A DNA stretch of 64,000 nt from Cenococcum geophilum (Eukaryota). A program made the translations under genes and the position numbers. How positions within the stretch are numbered: the stretch's first letter is position 1; the number at the start of each line of letters is the position of its first letter. The notes beneath the pieces are model-generated. The model made no database searches, was not told the DNA's origin, and saw only the letters and a list, made by a program, of their open reading frames with translations. The DNA is taken from the NCBI GenBank assembly GCA_050273025.1, contig CP158636.1, positions 496,001 to 560,000 on the forward strand, written 5' to 3'. Below, one piece after another: positions 12,203 through 24,382 of the stretch.

Positions 12203-13534
12203 TACTAGCTTTAGGGGCCTTACCCCTTAACTAGGCTCTAACCCCTAGTGCACCTAGTAGGTAGATAGGATTACGTCCTAGCTAGAGAGACTACTACGTA
12301 GCTTAAGAGAATAGATGCGCGTGTTAGTATATTAATAGACGGAACCGTTTAATCGCTAGAATGGTATATTAGTAAGACGTGCTTATAGAGTAAACAGAAG
12401 TTACTTAGGCGGAAAGGTTTTAGCTAGGCCTTAACCGTAGAAGGTGTACCTAAGGCTTTCTATATTATAGGATATAGCTATAACGTCCTTATAGGATTAC
12501 GCTAGTAGGTATATAAGATAGGAGTTATAACCCCTGTAAATGGCAGCTTATACCTATACCAACGGAAATAATAAAGAAGGCGTAAAACTAGAGGCTATAG
12601 AAGGCTCCTAAGCCGTGCGAAAGTATACTAACTTTAAGAGGAAACTCTTATATAGACTGCTAGGGGGCGGACTGGTACTTAGGCTAATCTTATTATAAGA
12701 TATCCAAAAGAACTGGTAAGAATCCCTATATTAGGTGGTAGTAAAGCCAACTACTTATAGAAAGCCCCCCTAGGCCTAAGGGCCTAGAGGTTTAGAACTA
12801 TTACTAAAAAAACTGGGATAGAGGCCTAGATAAGTAGGTATGTAGAACTCTACTATATAACTACCTGCTACTGCTAGCTCTAGGGGCCTTACCCCTTAAT
12901 TAGGCTCTGACCCCTAGTGCACCTAGTAGGTAGGTAGGATTACGTCCTAGCTAGAAAGACTATTACGTAACTTAAGAAAACGTATACGCGTATTAGTATA
13001 TTAATAGACAGAACCGTTTAATCACTAGAACGGTATGCCGGTAAGATATACTTATAGAGTAAATAGGAATTACTTAGACGGAAAGGTTTTAGCTAGGCCT
13101 TAACCGTAAAAGGTATATTTAAGGCTTTCTATATTATAGGATGCAGCTATAACGCCCTTATAAGATTACGCCAGTAGGCATATAAGACAGGAGTTACGAC
13201 CCTTGTAAATAGCAGCTTATGCCTATACTGGCGGAAATAATAAAGAAGGCGTAAAACTAGAGGCTATAGAAGGCTTCTAAGCCGTGCGAAAGTATATTAA
13301 CTCTAGGAGGAAACTCTTATATAGACCGCTAGGGGGCGGACTGGTACTTAGGCTAATCCCGTTATAAGATATTTAAAAGAACTAGTGAGAATCCCTATAT
13401 TAGGTAGTAGTAAAGCTAACTGTTTATAGAAAGCCCCCCTAGGCCTAAGGGCCTAGAGGTTTAGGACTGTTACTAGAAAACTAGGGTAGAGGCCTAGATA
13501 AGTAGGTATATAGAACTCTACTATATAACTACCT
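12203..13534. repeat. Tandem duplication of a ~665-bp unit, RIP-mutated
   Basis: ~12203-12870 and ~12871-13534 align throughout (..taggggccttaccccttaa.. to ..ctactatataactacct). Confidence 0.85.
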
Positions 13535-15133
13535 ACCCCTTTACTCCTCCGTCCGTCGCCTCCCCTTTACTCCTTTATTCGTTGTTATAAGGGCGCCGCC
13601 GGTTATATACCCCCTAAAGATATATTACTATAACGCTAGCTACTATAACTAACAATTCCACTATAACTAGTTTGCTATAGAGTAGACGACCTCCTCTATA
13701 ACTAGTCTGCTATAGAGTAGATAACCTCCTCTATAACTAGTCTACCGTAGGGCAGATAACCTCCTCTATAACTATCTACCATAAGGTAGACAACCTCTTT
13801 TATAACTAGTCTACCGTAGGGCAGACGACCTCTTTTATAACTAGTCTGCCGCAGGGTAGATAACCTCTTTTATAACTAGTCTACCGTAGGGCAGATAACC
13901 TCTTCTATAACTATCTGCCGTAGGGTAAACGACCTCTTCTACAACTAGTCTGCTATAGGGTAGACGACCTCTTCTATAACCAGTCTACTATAGGGTAGAC
14001 AACCTCTTCTATAACCAGTCTGCCGTAGGGTAGACGACCTCTTCTATAACCAGTCTGCCGTAGGGTAGACAACCTCTTCTATAACTAGTCTACTGTAGGG
14101 TAGATAACCTCTTCTATAACTAGTCTACCATAGGGTAAACGACCTCTTCTATAACCAGTTTGCCGTAGGGTAGACGACCTCTTTTACAACTAGTCTACCG
14201 TAGGGTAGACAACCTCTTTTATAACCAGTCTGCCGTAGGGTAGATAACCTCCTCTATAACTGTCTGCTATAGGGTAGACAACCTCTATAATTAGTCTGCT
14301 ATAGAGTAGACAACTTCCTATAATTAGTCTACAGCCGTTATACTATAGACAACCTCTACTATAACCGGTCTACGGCTGTTACGCTATAGGCAATTAGACT
14401 ATAGAGGACCGTAGGCATACTATAGGCGTACCGTAGGCGTACCGCAGACGATGCACTGCTAGGGTAGCTATAGTAGGGGATAGGGAAAGGGGACTGGCCT
14501 ATATTACTATTAGTACGTTAAATATAAGGTATATAGGCGAATTAGTGTTTATACCCTACATAGACAACCTTGTGAAAATTTTCCTATAGGAGTGGGTTTA
14601 TATAACGAGGTTCGCCCTTATAAAATACTATTAGTAGGTTATTTTTAGGGAGAGTACCTACTAATTACTAATTCCCTACCTATTTCTTTAGCAAGGAGGA
14701 GGAATAGGGTATAGAATAAAACAGTTATATAGGGGTAATTGGTAGCTACTTTTAAGCTAGTAAGCTATATAGTTTCTCTTATTTCTTATATATAAAACTA
14801 CGTCAAAAATCTATCTTTTAGAGTGCTTTTTCTACTCTAGAAACGGTAGAATACGGCAGAAATAGATAAAAGAGCCAGGATTTCCTTAGTGCGATTTTTT
14901 TGGTATAAACTGGACCATAGTAAGCAAAATATTAGGATAAAACATTAATAGGCTAGGAGCTCCCCCTAGTATTTAAAACGGGCTAGAGTGTCTACTTAGC
15001 TACTAGTATATATTAAGCTGCCTAGAAAGGATTTATATATATAGAACTATAGCGCTATAGCCTAGAGGCTGCATGCGTAGTATTATACGTAGTATAATAC
15101 AATTAGATAAAAAAAAATATAAAAAAAAAAAAA
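13535..15133 (+). mobile_element. SINE-like poly(A) retroposon, older divergent copy
   Basis: Homologous to 15262-16721 in the 5' unit, body and 3' end. About 18 copies of a 35-bp repeat at ~13660-14330. A-rich tail at ~15107-15133. No TSD found. Confidence 0.8.
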
Positions 15134-15261
15134 TATTACTTAATTTCTATAGATTTATAATAAAGTTACTTATTTAATTCCTATACGCTGCAAAGCTTAT
15201 ATATATTATTATACTCTTACTAAATAAGATTCTTATAATAAGTATTATATCTTTTTTCTTA

Positions 15262-15495
15262 GTCGTCGTCTCCCCCTTCGCTCCTCCGTCGTCGTCTCCC
15301 CCTTCGCTCCTCCGTCGTCGTCTCCCCCTTCGCTCCTCCGTCGTCGTCTCCCCCTTCGCTCCTCCGTCGTCGTCTCCCCCTTCGCTCCTCCGTCGTCGTC
15401 TCCCCCTTCGCTCCTCCGTCGTCGTCTCCCCCTTCGCTCCTCCGTCGTCGTCTCCCCCTTCGCTCCTCCGTCGTCGTCTCCCCCTTCGCTCCTCC
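15262..15495 (+). repeat. Nine perfect copies of the 26-bp unit gtcgtcgtctcccccttcgctcctcc
   Basis: Counted directly: 234 bp = 9 x 26. Confidence 0.95.
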
Positions 15496-15554
15496 GTCGT
15501 CGTCGCTATGGCGCCGCAGGCTATATAGCCCCTAAAGACACGTCACCGGACGCA

Positions 15555-16000
15555 ACCTCCACCACAACTAGTCTACAGCCATCACGCTGCAGACGACCTC
15601 CACCACAACTAGTCTACAGCCATCACGCTGCAGACGACCCCTCTCCAACCTGTCTACGGCCATCACGCTGCAGACGACCCCTCTCCAACCTGTCTACGGC
15701 CATCACGCTGCAGACGACCTCTCCACAACCTGTCTACGGCCATCACGCTGCAGACCTCTCCACAACCTGTCTACGGCCATCACGCTGCAGACGACCTCTC
15801 CACAACCTGTCTACGGCCATCGCGCTGCAGACGACCTCTCCACAACCTGTCTACAGCCATCGCGCTGCAGACGACCTCCACAACCTGTCTACAGCCATCG
15901 CGCTGCAGACGACCTCCACAACCTGTCTACAGCCATCGCGCTGCAGACGACCTCCACAACCTGTCTACGGCCATCGCGCTGCAGACGACCTCTACCACAA
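15555..16000 (+). repeat. 37-41-bp minisatellite (acaacctgtctacggccatcacgctgcagacgacctctcc), about 11 copies
   Basis: Head-to-tail copies without spacers. Also present at ~63050-63340. Confidence 0.9.
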
Positions 16001-16734
16001 CCGCCACCACCGCCACAACATACCATACAATACCGCACTATAGGCGTACCGCAGATGCGCAGATAGGGGTGGCTATAGTAGGGGAGGGGAAGGGACCGGC
16101 CCGTGTTACTTTAGCACGTTAAATCTAAGGTGTATAGGCGAATTGGTGTTTATACCCTATATAAGACAACTTCGTGAAAATTTTCCTATGGGAGTGGGTT
16201 TATGTAACGAGGTTCGCCCTTATAAAATACCATTAGTAGGTTATTTTTGGGGAGAGTACCTATTAATTACTAATTCCCTACCCATTTCTTTAGCAAGGAG
16301 AAGAGATAGGGTACAGGATAAAAAGTCGCTTTAGGGGTAATTGGTAGCTGCTTCCAAGCTAGTAAGCTATTGTAACGCCTCTTATTCTTAAGTGCAAAAC
16401 TATTTAATAAAAATCTTTCTTTTAGAGCGCTTTTTCTACTCTAGGAACGGCAGAATACGGCAGAAATAGATAAAAGAGCTAGGATTTCCTTTTCTTGGTG
16501 TAAACTGGACTATAGTAAGCAAAATACCAGAACGAAAAAACACCAGTCGCTAGAGCTCCCCTAGCATTTTAAAAACGGGCCAGAGTGTCCACTTAGCTAC
16601 TAGTACATGTTAAGCTGCCTAGGAAGGATTCATGTATATAGAACTATAGCGCCATAGCCTAGAGGCTGCATGCGCAGTATTGTACGTAGTATAATATAAC
16701 GGATATAAAAAAAAAAAAAAAATCTTTTTTCTTA

Positions 16735-18822
16735 AATAGCAGCCACCTAAGGGCTTTAAGCTACTCCGTATGTCCGCGATATAGATATAAAAAAGCAATA
16801 GCCTTATTAACCTTGCTTAGCTGCTAGGCCTTACTTTTTCTATAAAGTAAGAAGCTAATCTTAAAGGTTCTATAGCCGTCGCTCCTAGTCTGTTCTATAA
16901 CTCTTTTAAGTTTAATTATTTAGTACCTAATACGGCCGCGGCTGTTCTAGTACTTTATTTACCTTCTTTCCTCTCTATTTAGTAAGTTTTAGTGGCGGTA
17001 TATGGTGAATTTACCTAAATATCTATAACTTAGTAGTTGGCGCGTAATAAGGTTTTAGTAGGTATTATATATAACGCGGATACTATCCCTTAACCCGCTA
17101 GGGTGTAATACTAAGCTATACTGTATATAAATACCATACTAAGCTATATAAAGAACCTTAGGTTACTATAGTTCTTATTACAGAGGCTCGAATAAGAGCT
17201 TTTTATTGGCTAGATTTTTATCGATAACGTAGAACCCAAATTAGCGGGTTAAGGGATATACCCTTTAGGCTATAGTAGGTTCTTTAGGGTGGCTATTATA
17301 AATCTATATAGGTTTTATATATATTAGCTAGCGTTTAGTAAAGTTATATATAGTTTTATAATTCTTAATAATGCGTATTTTTTAATAAAAATAATTATAA
17401 GACCTAAAAATACTTAAGTAATAAAAATAATATATTCTAAAAGCCTAGGTTCTATTATATAATTAATAAACTTTAGGAAATAATATAAAATACTAATATT
17501 AAGTTTATTTTAATATCCGTAACCTCTATAATATAGATATTATTAAAGCGCGTAATAAATGTTATAAAAGTGGCTTAGATATAATTCCAGTGGTTTTATA
17601 TAAATGTAGTTAGTAAGCTTGCGGACCGATTGAAAATCTATACTAAGCAAATTATATCTAAGCCTGCTAAGGTAAGGAGTAACCTTATACCTACTTATCT
17701 TAGGTACCTTAGCCGCTTCTTTAAGAAATTTATGGCGTTATATAGCCTACTCTCTTACTACGGCCCCACTCGTATAAACTCCTAAGCTAATTACTAGCGT
17801 ATACTAACTTTTGCGGACTCCTAAGCCAATAGAACGTCGCGCTACCCCCTAGACCCCTATACCCCCCTAAATTCCTCTATAAAGCGTCTAAGAGATTATA
17901 GGCGCGTGTTTGCTATAAGCTAGGCTAGATTTCTAATGTGTATTAACTTTAAGTAACTATAATAAGGTTAATATAGCAGCTATAACTATAGTTTACAATG
18001 CAATTAAATTGCAACCTTCTCTACTAGTATATTTTAATTAATATAGCTAGCTAACCACTATATTAAGGGTTAAAGTATAGCCTTAAAGTTTAAAAATGCG
18101 TTTTTTAAAGCTAGGCTGACCCAACTAGCCTTATCAATATAGCGACCGTACTCTACTACCACACCTTTATTTACCCTAAAACTTTATAAGGTACCTCTTA
18201 TACCCTATTATAAACAGCTTACCTAATTATACTATACCTATACTAGTAGGTATGGATTTGCTTTACAGTAGGGGGGAAGCTTTAGGTAGAGGCTCGTGCA
18301 GAGCTTTAGTAGAGCTTTAGTAGAGCTTTATATAGAGCTTTATATAGAGCTTTATATAAAGCCTTATATAGAGCTATATATAGATATATAGACGTGTAGA
18401 CGTACAGATATTTATATGGGCGTTTATATAGGTGACTAATTAATTAATTGATTTTATGGACGTTTATAAAGCCGTCCGTATAGACATTTAGTTAATTAAT
18501 TGTATAGACGTTTATAGAGCTGTTTATATAGACGATTATAGAGCTTTCCTAGTATATTAGTGCTGCGTATTAGGAGAGCTTTAGAGCTCCGTATTAAGCT
18601 TTAAGTAGAGCTTTAAATAGAGCCTCGCGTAGAGCTTTTAAGTAGAGCTTTAAGCAGCTTTAAGTAGAGCTTCGAGTAGAGTAGAGCTTTAAGTAGAGAG
18701 CTTCCCTATATAGACCTTATATTTAGGCTTGTTTTTAAGGCCTTATAAACGGCTTTATATAGAGCTTTAAGTAGAACTTTATATAGTCGTTTGTGTAGGC
18801 ATTTGTGCAGGTTTGTAGGAAT
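16735..18822 (-). pseudogene. Unidentified RIP-degenerated ORF remnant with an S/T/Q-rich repetitive N-terminus
   Basis: Minus-strand ATG at ~18822 (MPTQTT..SST.SS) followed by agagcttt-type repeats at 18280-18790. Strong RIP signature. No domain recognised. Confidence 0.3.
17086..17256. mobile_element. Putative MITE (~171 bp) with 15-bp TIRs and TA flanks
   Basis: ta-tcccttaacccgcta (17084-17100) and tagcgggttaaggga-ta (17242-17258) are perfect inverted repeats. Confidence 0.55.
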
Positions 18823-18986
18823 ATTTATAGGGGTATTAGGGGCGCGGTCGGGCTCTATTGTAGATACAATATATAGAGTAGAAGATGAGCTTTTAAATAG
18901 AGGTATTAGCGAGCTGAGCAGCGCTATATTAGGGGTTGAAGTATAACGTTAAAGGCAATATAACTGTCGTTTACTAGTGAGGCTGT

Positions 18987-21900
18987 TATTAGATAATCTG
19001 TATTCTTAGAGGCGTAGGATATATATAAGTCACGTACACGAGTTACGTGTATTGTAAATATCTTCGTCTAAGCCTAGGGGCCCTAGGTCAATTAACCATC
19101 GACAAGATTAAGATTATTAATTAATTAACCCATTTTATTAATAAATAGCTCTATATAAACTATCTAACAGTTATAAGCCTGGTCTGCCGATATAAGAAGC
19201 TATTTAGCTATTACTTCGTTATTTAAAGAAATTCTACCTTATTGTTAGACTTTGATACCTTATTATTACAAGACAACCCTAATTAAAATCCTACCTTAAT
19301 TATCACAGGACGAGATTCTACGAGATTCTATAAGATTCTATAAGATTCTATAAGACTCCACCTTAATCGTTAAAGGACGATCCTGATAATGAGGACGATC
19401 CTAATAATAAGGACGATCCTAACAATAAAATACCATCTTAATTCCTCCTTTGCCTATTAGTTAAATAACTCTACTAACTACCTTATTAAATACGATTATC
19501 CTTAATAAACTAGAAGACTGGGAATAATAGCTATAGCAACTCTAAGCCCTTATAGATTAGCGAATTTAGGCCCACGTCAACCTAGATAAAGAAGCACCTT
19601 AATAAGGTTTACTATAAGAACTAGCCTATCCAGAAGTTATAGATTTTAATAAGAATGCAACCTTATATATATAGCTCTTGACGAATTAATAGAGAGTGTA
19701 TAAGAATAGTAGATGATACTACGACCAGGATATAAAGTATTTCCTAAGATAGGAAGATTATCTTTAACAGATCCGCACTCAGATTACGTCTATAGTATTA
19801 ATTTAGAAGAAGCTACTGCTTAACCCTTCCCTAATAGTTAAAGAATGGTTATTTTAACTAAAGGAGAACACATTATCGTTCGTTAGAAAGAAGATATAAC
19901 ACTAGTATATAAAAGCCCTTAAGTGGTTTATATACCTATTAAAATTAAATTAATAGCTAGATTAATAGGAATATATAATAGTACTAGGAGAGAAGTATAA
20001 GATCCCTTAAATATCCAACAGAACCCGGCCCCAAGAATTGGCAGAAGTTATTTAACCTTTTAGCGATACCTACTGTATAAAGTATACTACCGAGTTAAAT
20101 AACCCGCAGAAGTTGAGATCTTCTAAATACCGTAGAGTAGTAAAGGAGCTATAAGAAGGACTTAGAAGACCCTTAGAGAAAGCCAATACTACTATAAAAG
20201 GGAGTACCTTTAATATAGACTTCGCAAAGTAAGCTATAATGGATTACTCTAATACTACTAAAGGTTTATAAAGAGAAAAGGCCTTAGTATATAAGAGCCG
20301 CTTAAAGAGAGCCGGGTTATTAGTTAAGGAGACGTCCTAAAAGAAGCTAATACCTAAGTGCCTAGCGTGCGGAATACGAGGACACTCCCTTTGGGACTGT
20401 TAGTGTTTATTTAAAGATAAAAAACCTATAGGAGTTACGATCGAAGATACTTATATTGAAAAGATACTAAAGAAGGTAGAATAGGACTAGGATCTTATTA
20501 ATCTAGTTACTAAAATTAGACTTAAATAAGAAGATAAAGCTTAATAATAATAAGATAAGAGTAAGGGAGTCCTATCCTATATTAAATGGAAGAATGTTAT
20601 AGATAATAGACTATTAAATATGTCCGACTAGGAAGTCTATTAGCTTTTAATTTAAGCTAACTAATAAACCGCTAACGGAAGCGCAGAATTTTGTTAAGAG
20701 ACGTTTGTCTAGACTTAAAAGGTAATATATAACTATAGCATTTACGTCTAAGTCATTTAGGACCTATAGCCTTTATCTAGGTATTTATAAGAGTATATAT
20801 ATTAGATCCCGCCGCGCTTACAAACAAGTTCGCAAGTACTCCGTGTCTTTTTGGCCGAATGGCGACGTTAGGGCGGGAAACGTTACAATTATGCTTGCGA
20901 ACTTACTAGGGCCAGGTGTTGTAGGTTCAATCCCTATCGGTTACTTCGCTCTAGTATAGTCTAACGCGCATCCGTGTAATAAGGCGTTAGTGGAGATTCC
21001 GATCGCTTATGTTACTAGGGACTAACTAATATAGTAATACTCTTGGCGTTTAATCCCTGTGGCGCGAACGGAATCCCTGCGAGCGCTTAAGGACGAGCGC
21101 GTAGAGGAGAGGGCAATTATAAGAGTATATATATTAGGTCCCGCCGCGCTTATAACAAGTTCGCAAGCACTCTTAGTCTTTTTGGCTGTATGGCGACGTA
21201 GAGGCGGGCTACGTTACAATTGTGCTTGCGAACTTACTAGGGCCAGGTGTTGTGGGTTCAATCCCTATCGGTTACTTCGCTCTAGTATAGTCTAACGCGC
21301 ATCCGTATAATAAGGCGTTAGTAGAGATTCCGATCGCTTATGTTACTAGGGACTAACTAATATAGTAATACTCTTGGCGTTTAATCCCTGTGGAGGCCCA
21401 AATGGGCATATAGAGGAATCCCTGCGAGCGCTCGGGGACGAGCGCGCAGAGGAGAGGGCAATTGTAAGAGTATATATATTAGGTCCCGCCGCGCTTACGA
21501 CAAGTTCGCAAGCACTCTCAGTCTTTTTGGCCGTATGGCGACGTGGAGGCGGGCCACGTTACAGTATTAACGCTTAAGGAGTTAAGCTTTAAGGCCCTAA
21601 GACAACGGAATATTAATACTATAGTCTTGCTAAAATTAAGCGTTAGGTCTTACGAAGGTTCTTAAATTAGAATATTAATAAACCCTATTTTAATGTCTAT
21701 ATTAACTAGACTGACCTTAAGGAAGCGTATATAAAAGACCTTAAAGAAAGCTTAAGAAGCAATTAAGGAGCTAAGTAAGGAATACCAGATAAGTACCCTT
21801 AGAGAGCTAAAATGGTTCCTAGGAATCTATATACTACGCAATTATAGCTAGAGGCTCCTATAGCTATTGTAGGAAGCCTATATTAAGAAGATAGCTAATT

Positions 21901-23012
21901 AGTATAAGATAGATCTTAAAGGGCGTCTTCTAGATACTCCTATAGTAGAATTGGAATTCCTCCCTACCGATTACTAATTGATCTGTTTAACGCGTCCGTC
22001 CCCTAATATAGACCTACTAGTCCGTCCTATATCCCTACTAAGAAAAGCAGCTTTTATAATGTTATATTAGAGACTAGTACCTATATAGTATAAGGAGTAG
22101 AGCAATCTACTATAGAGGAGATAAGGAAGGAATAAATAGTAGAGGGAGAGATAAAGAAATACGTGACAAAGGACGAGATGACGGAAGAGACGGTAGAAGT
22201 AAAGCGTAATTATTTATCTATGCCAGCGACGTATTATTTATAGATAACTCCGTCAACAGAAAGAGCTTATAAGGATACATTATAAAGCTATTTAGAGGAC
22301 TGATTGCCTAGAGAGTAAATAAGCAGGGTATAGTTATAACGTTAAGCACAGAAGCTAAGTTATTAGCCCTATTACAGACAGCAAAGGAAGCGATCTTTAT
22401 TAGTAGGCTATTTAAAGCAATAACGTTAAGGCTAAATGAGCCCTTAATTATTAACTATAATAATATCTAGACACTATAACTAATTATAGAAGACACGGCA
22501 AAGCTAATTACGAAGCTCTAATATATATTAATATCTATTAACACTGGTTGCGTTAAGAATACGTAATAAGATAAGTATAATTTTAATGGACAGTAATAAA
22601 GGAGATGATCGCTAATAGACTTACGAAGGCCTTGCCTAAGTAAAGGTTTAAGAGCTTTGTTAATATAATTAGAATAGTGGATATTAAGGAGTAGTTAAAT
22701 AAGGAAAAGCAACTGGAGGACTTAAGGGAGAATATTAGAGCGAGACGGAAGGATTTAGATAAGATTATAGTTTAATTAACGCATTAACGGATATAAGAAG
22801 GTGGCTAGCTTTGTCCTCAACCAGGTCGAAGCTAAGGGGGTGTATTAGATAATCTGTATTCTCGGAGGCGTAGGACGTGCACGAGTCACGTGTATTGTAA
22901 ATATCTTCGTCTAAGCCCAGGGGCCCTAGGTTAATCAACCATCGACAAGATCAAGATCATCAATCAATCAACCTATTTCATCAATGAATAGCTCCATATG
23001 AACTATCTGACA
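18987..23012 (+). mobile_element. Copia LTR retrotransposon, internally deleted (gag + RT tail/RNase H), hosting a TRIM array
   Basis: LTRs at 18987-19169 and 22843-23012. TSD GCTGT. PBS-like gttataagcc and PPT aagggggtg. Zinc knuckle CLACGIRGHSLWDC at ~20359. LKWFLGI, STEAKLLAL and MIA..LTKAL motifs. No integrase seen. Confidence 0.9.
20786..21563 (+). mobile_element. Tandem-array TRIM: three ~101-bp LTRs (20786-20887, 21118-21218, 21463-21563) and two ~230-245-bp interiors
   Basis: TGTAA..TTACA termini. PPT agaggagagggcaat before LTR2 and LTR3. One TSD GTATT (20781-20785 and 21564-21568) encloses the whole array. Confidence 0.9.
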
Positions 23013-23046
23013 GCTGTACAGCCCTTATAAAACGCGCCTATAATCT

Positions 23047-23255
23047 CTTAGACCTTCGGAGAGGAATCCACCCCGGCGCTCTATAATTGGCTGCTAAAAA
23101 TAGCGCAAGCGCTAACGCCTGCGGCGTACATTAGGCTACGTCGCCGGTCGCTAATTGGCTCAGGAGTCACAGGGGTTACAGAGGTGTGGCGGTGCCAGCC
23201 GCTGATTGGCCCAGGAGTTTGCAGGTGAGGTGGATTTTCTCTCCGAGGGTCTGAG
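23047..23255. repeat. ~26-bp imperfect inverted repeat enclosing ~155 bp (MITE-like), upstream of the intact gene
   Basis: cttagaccttcggagaggaatccacc (23047-23072) vs ggtggattttctctccgagggtctgag (23229-23255). Confidence 0.55.
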
Positions 23256-23386
23256 TTAACTGAGATAAGCACCTACCCCTTATTTCCTTGGCTCGTTAAT
23301 GGGCAAAGACGATTATCCGTATCCATTTGCTTTCTAGCTAGATATCCATCCAATACAGACAGCAGTCCTGTATACTGATTTGAGAA

Positions 23387-24382
23387 ATGTCTATCGCAGC
23401 CTTGACAACAGCTTTCGTCCCATCCTCGTCCTGTCTCGCGAGCGATAATATATGGAAGGTCTTTACAACATGCCCTAGCAACGATCAATGCTATTATTTA
23501 CTTCAGGGCCCACCTAGCACATCGGACTGTCTGCCCACAGCCTACCGAATCGATTCGACGGCGTACTATTCACCAGCACACTGTCCTTCTGGCTACACGC
23601 CCGCTTGCTCCTCGCTCAATACTATCAATTCCTTCACCGAGACGGTGTATACATGTTGTCCTACGTACGCGCACCCCCGGCGATTCATACTTTTAAGAGA
23701 AAAGGCACTGATTGTACGTAAATACATAGGGTACACACTTTCCGCTGCCTTACCTCTAAGCGACTCAACTTCCAATCGAGTTTCGGCTGCGCATCACAGT
23801 TTACCGGGACAGGAACCCTACAAGTCACCGCGTCAGACCGTTTCTCTACGTCTCTGGCTCTGGAGACGTATGATCAAGGCGGCGGTATCAACGCATTCGC
23901 TATACAAGTGCGCTTCCAGTCTACGGACTTCGTCTCCACGACTAGCTCACCAGGGCCAACCAGCGTAAGTAGCCGATATGTTGACGTCTCTGTATGATAC
24001 ATGGGCTAATGACGCCCTGCTACCTCCATAGACTCCTACAACTCCCGCCCAAACGGTACCTTCGACGACGTCAACTTCCTCACCACTCCCAACTTCCACC
24101 CCCTCTGGCGGTCTAAGCCCAGGTGCAAAGGCAGGCATAGGCGTCTGTGTTTCCGTCGGTGTCCTCGCGTTAATAGCAATGCTATGGTTCGGATATGTAT
24201 GGGGGAAACGCCGCTCGCAACAGGCGACGCAGCTGGTTCAGGAACATCCTGAAGCAATCCAGATAGAGCAGCCGTATCCGGTTGGCAATCAGTATGAGAA
24301 CCGGTCCCCCGCGAGAGGAATGGAGAGACAGGCAGCGGTATCCGAGCTAGATGGGCAGCCTCCTTTGTACGAGATGCGATAG
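23387..24382 (+). CDS. Intact 3-exon gene, ~287-aa Cys-rich/Ser-Thr-rich single-pass membrane protein (Mid2-like topology)
   Basis: Exons 23387-23664, 23730-23964 and 24032-24382. Introns GTACGC..CTGAT..TAG and GTAAGT..CTAAT..TAG restore the frame. Motifs YYSPAHCPSGY..TCCP, INAFAIQVRFQSTD, an S/T stalk, TM LSPGAKAGIGVCVSVGVLALIAMLWFGYVW-GKRR and C-terminal SELDG. Confidence 0.88.

Larger units (their letters stand above)
15262..16721 (+). mobile_element. Non-autonomous non-LTR (SINE-like) retroposon, 1.46 kb, full length
   Basis: Poly(A) tail at ~16707-16722. 13-bp TSD ATCTTTTTTCTTA at 15249-15261 and 16722-16734. No RT ORF. Confidence 0.9.

Noticed and set aside
13660..16000. 35-41-bp arrays as CRISPR
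   Set aside because: Head-to-tail minisatellites without unique spacers, in a eukaryotic context with no cas genes.
16600..16722. 5S rRNA-derived sequence
   Set aside because: No match to the fungal 5S sequence as recalled, in either orientation.
21245..21280. ggttcaatccc as a tRNA gene or SINE B-box
   Set aside because: No A-box or cloverleaf could be built. It lies inside a TRIM interior.
20786..21563. Retrozyme/hammerhead interpretation and the ORFs at 21059 and 21374
   Set aside because: No CUGANGA..GAAA core with stems was found on either strand by eye. The ORFs have non-ATG starts and span LTR junctions.
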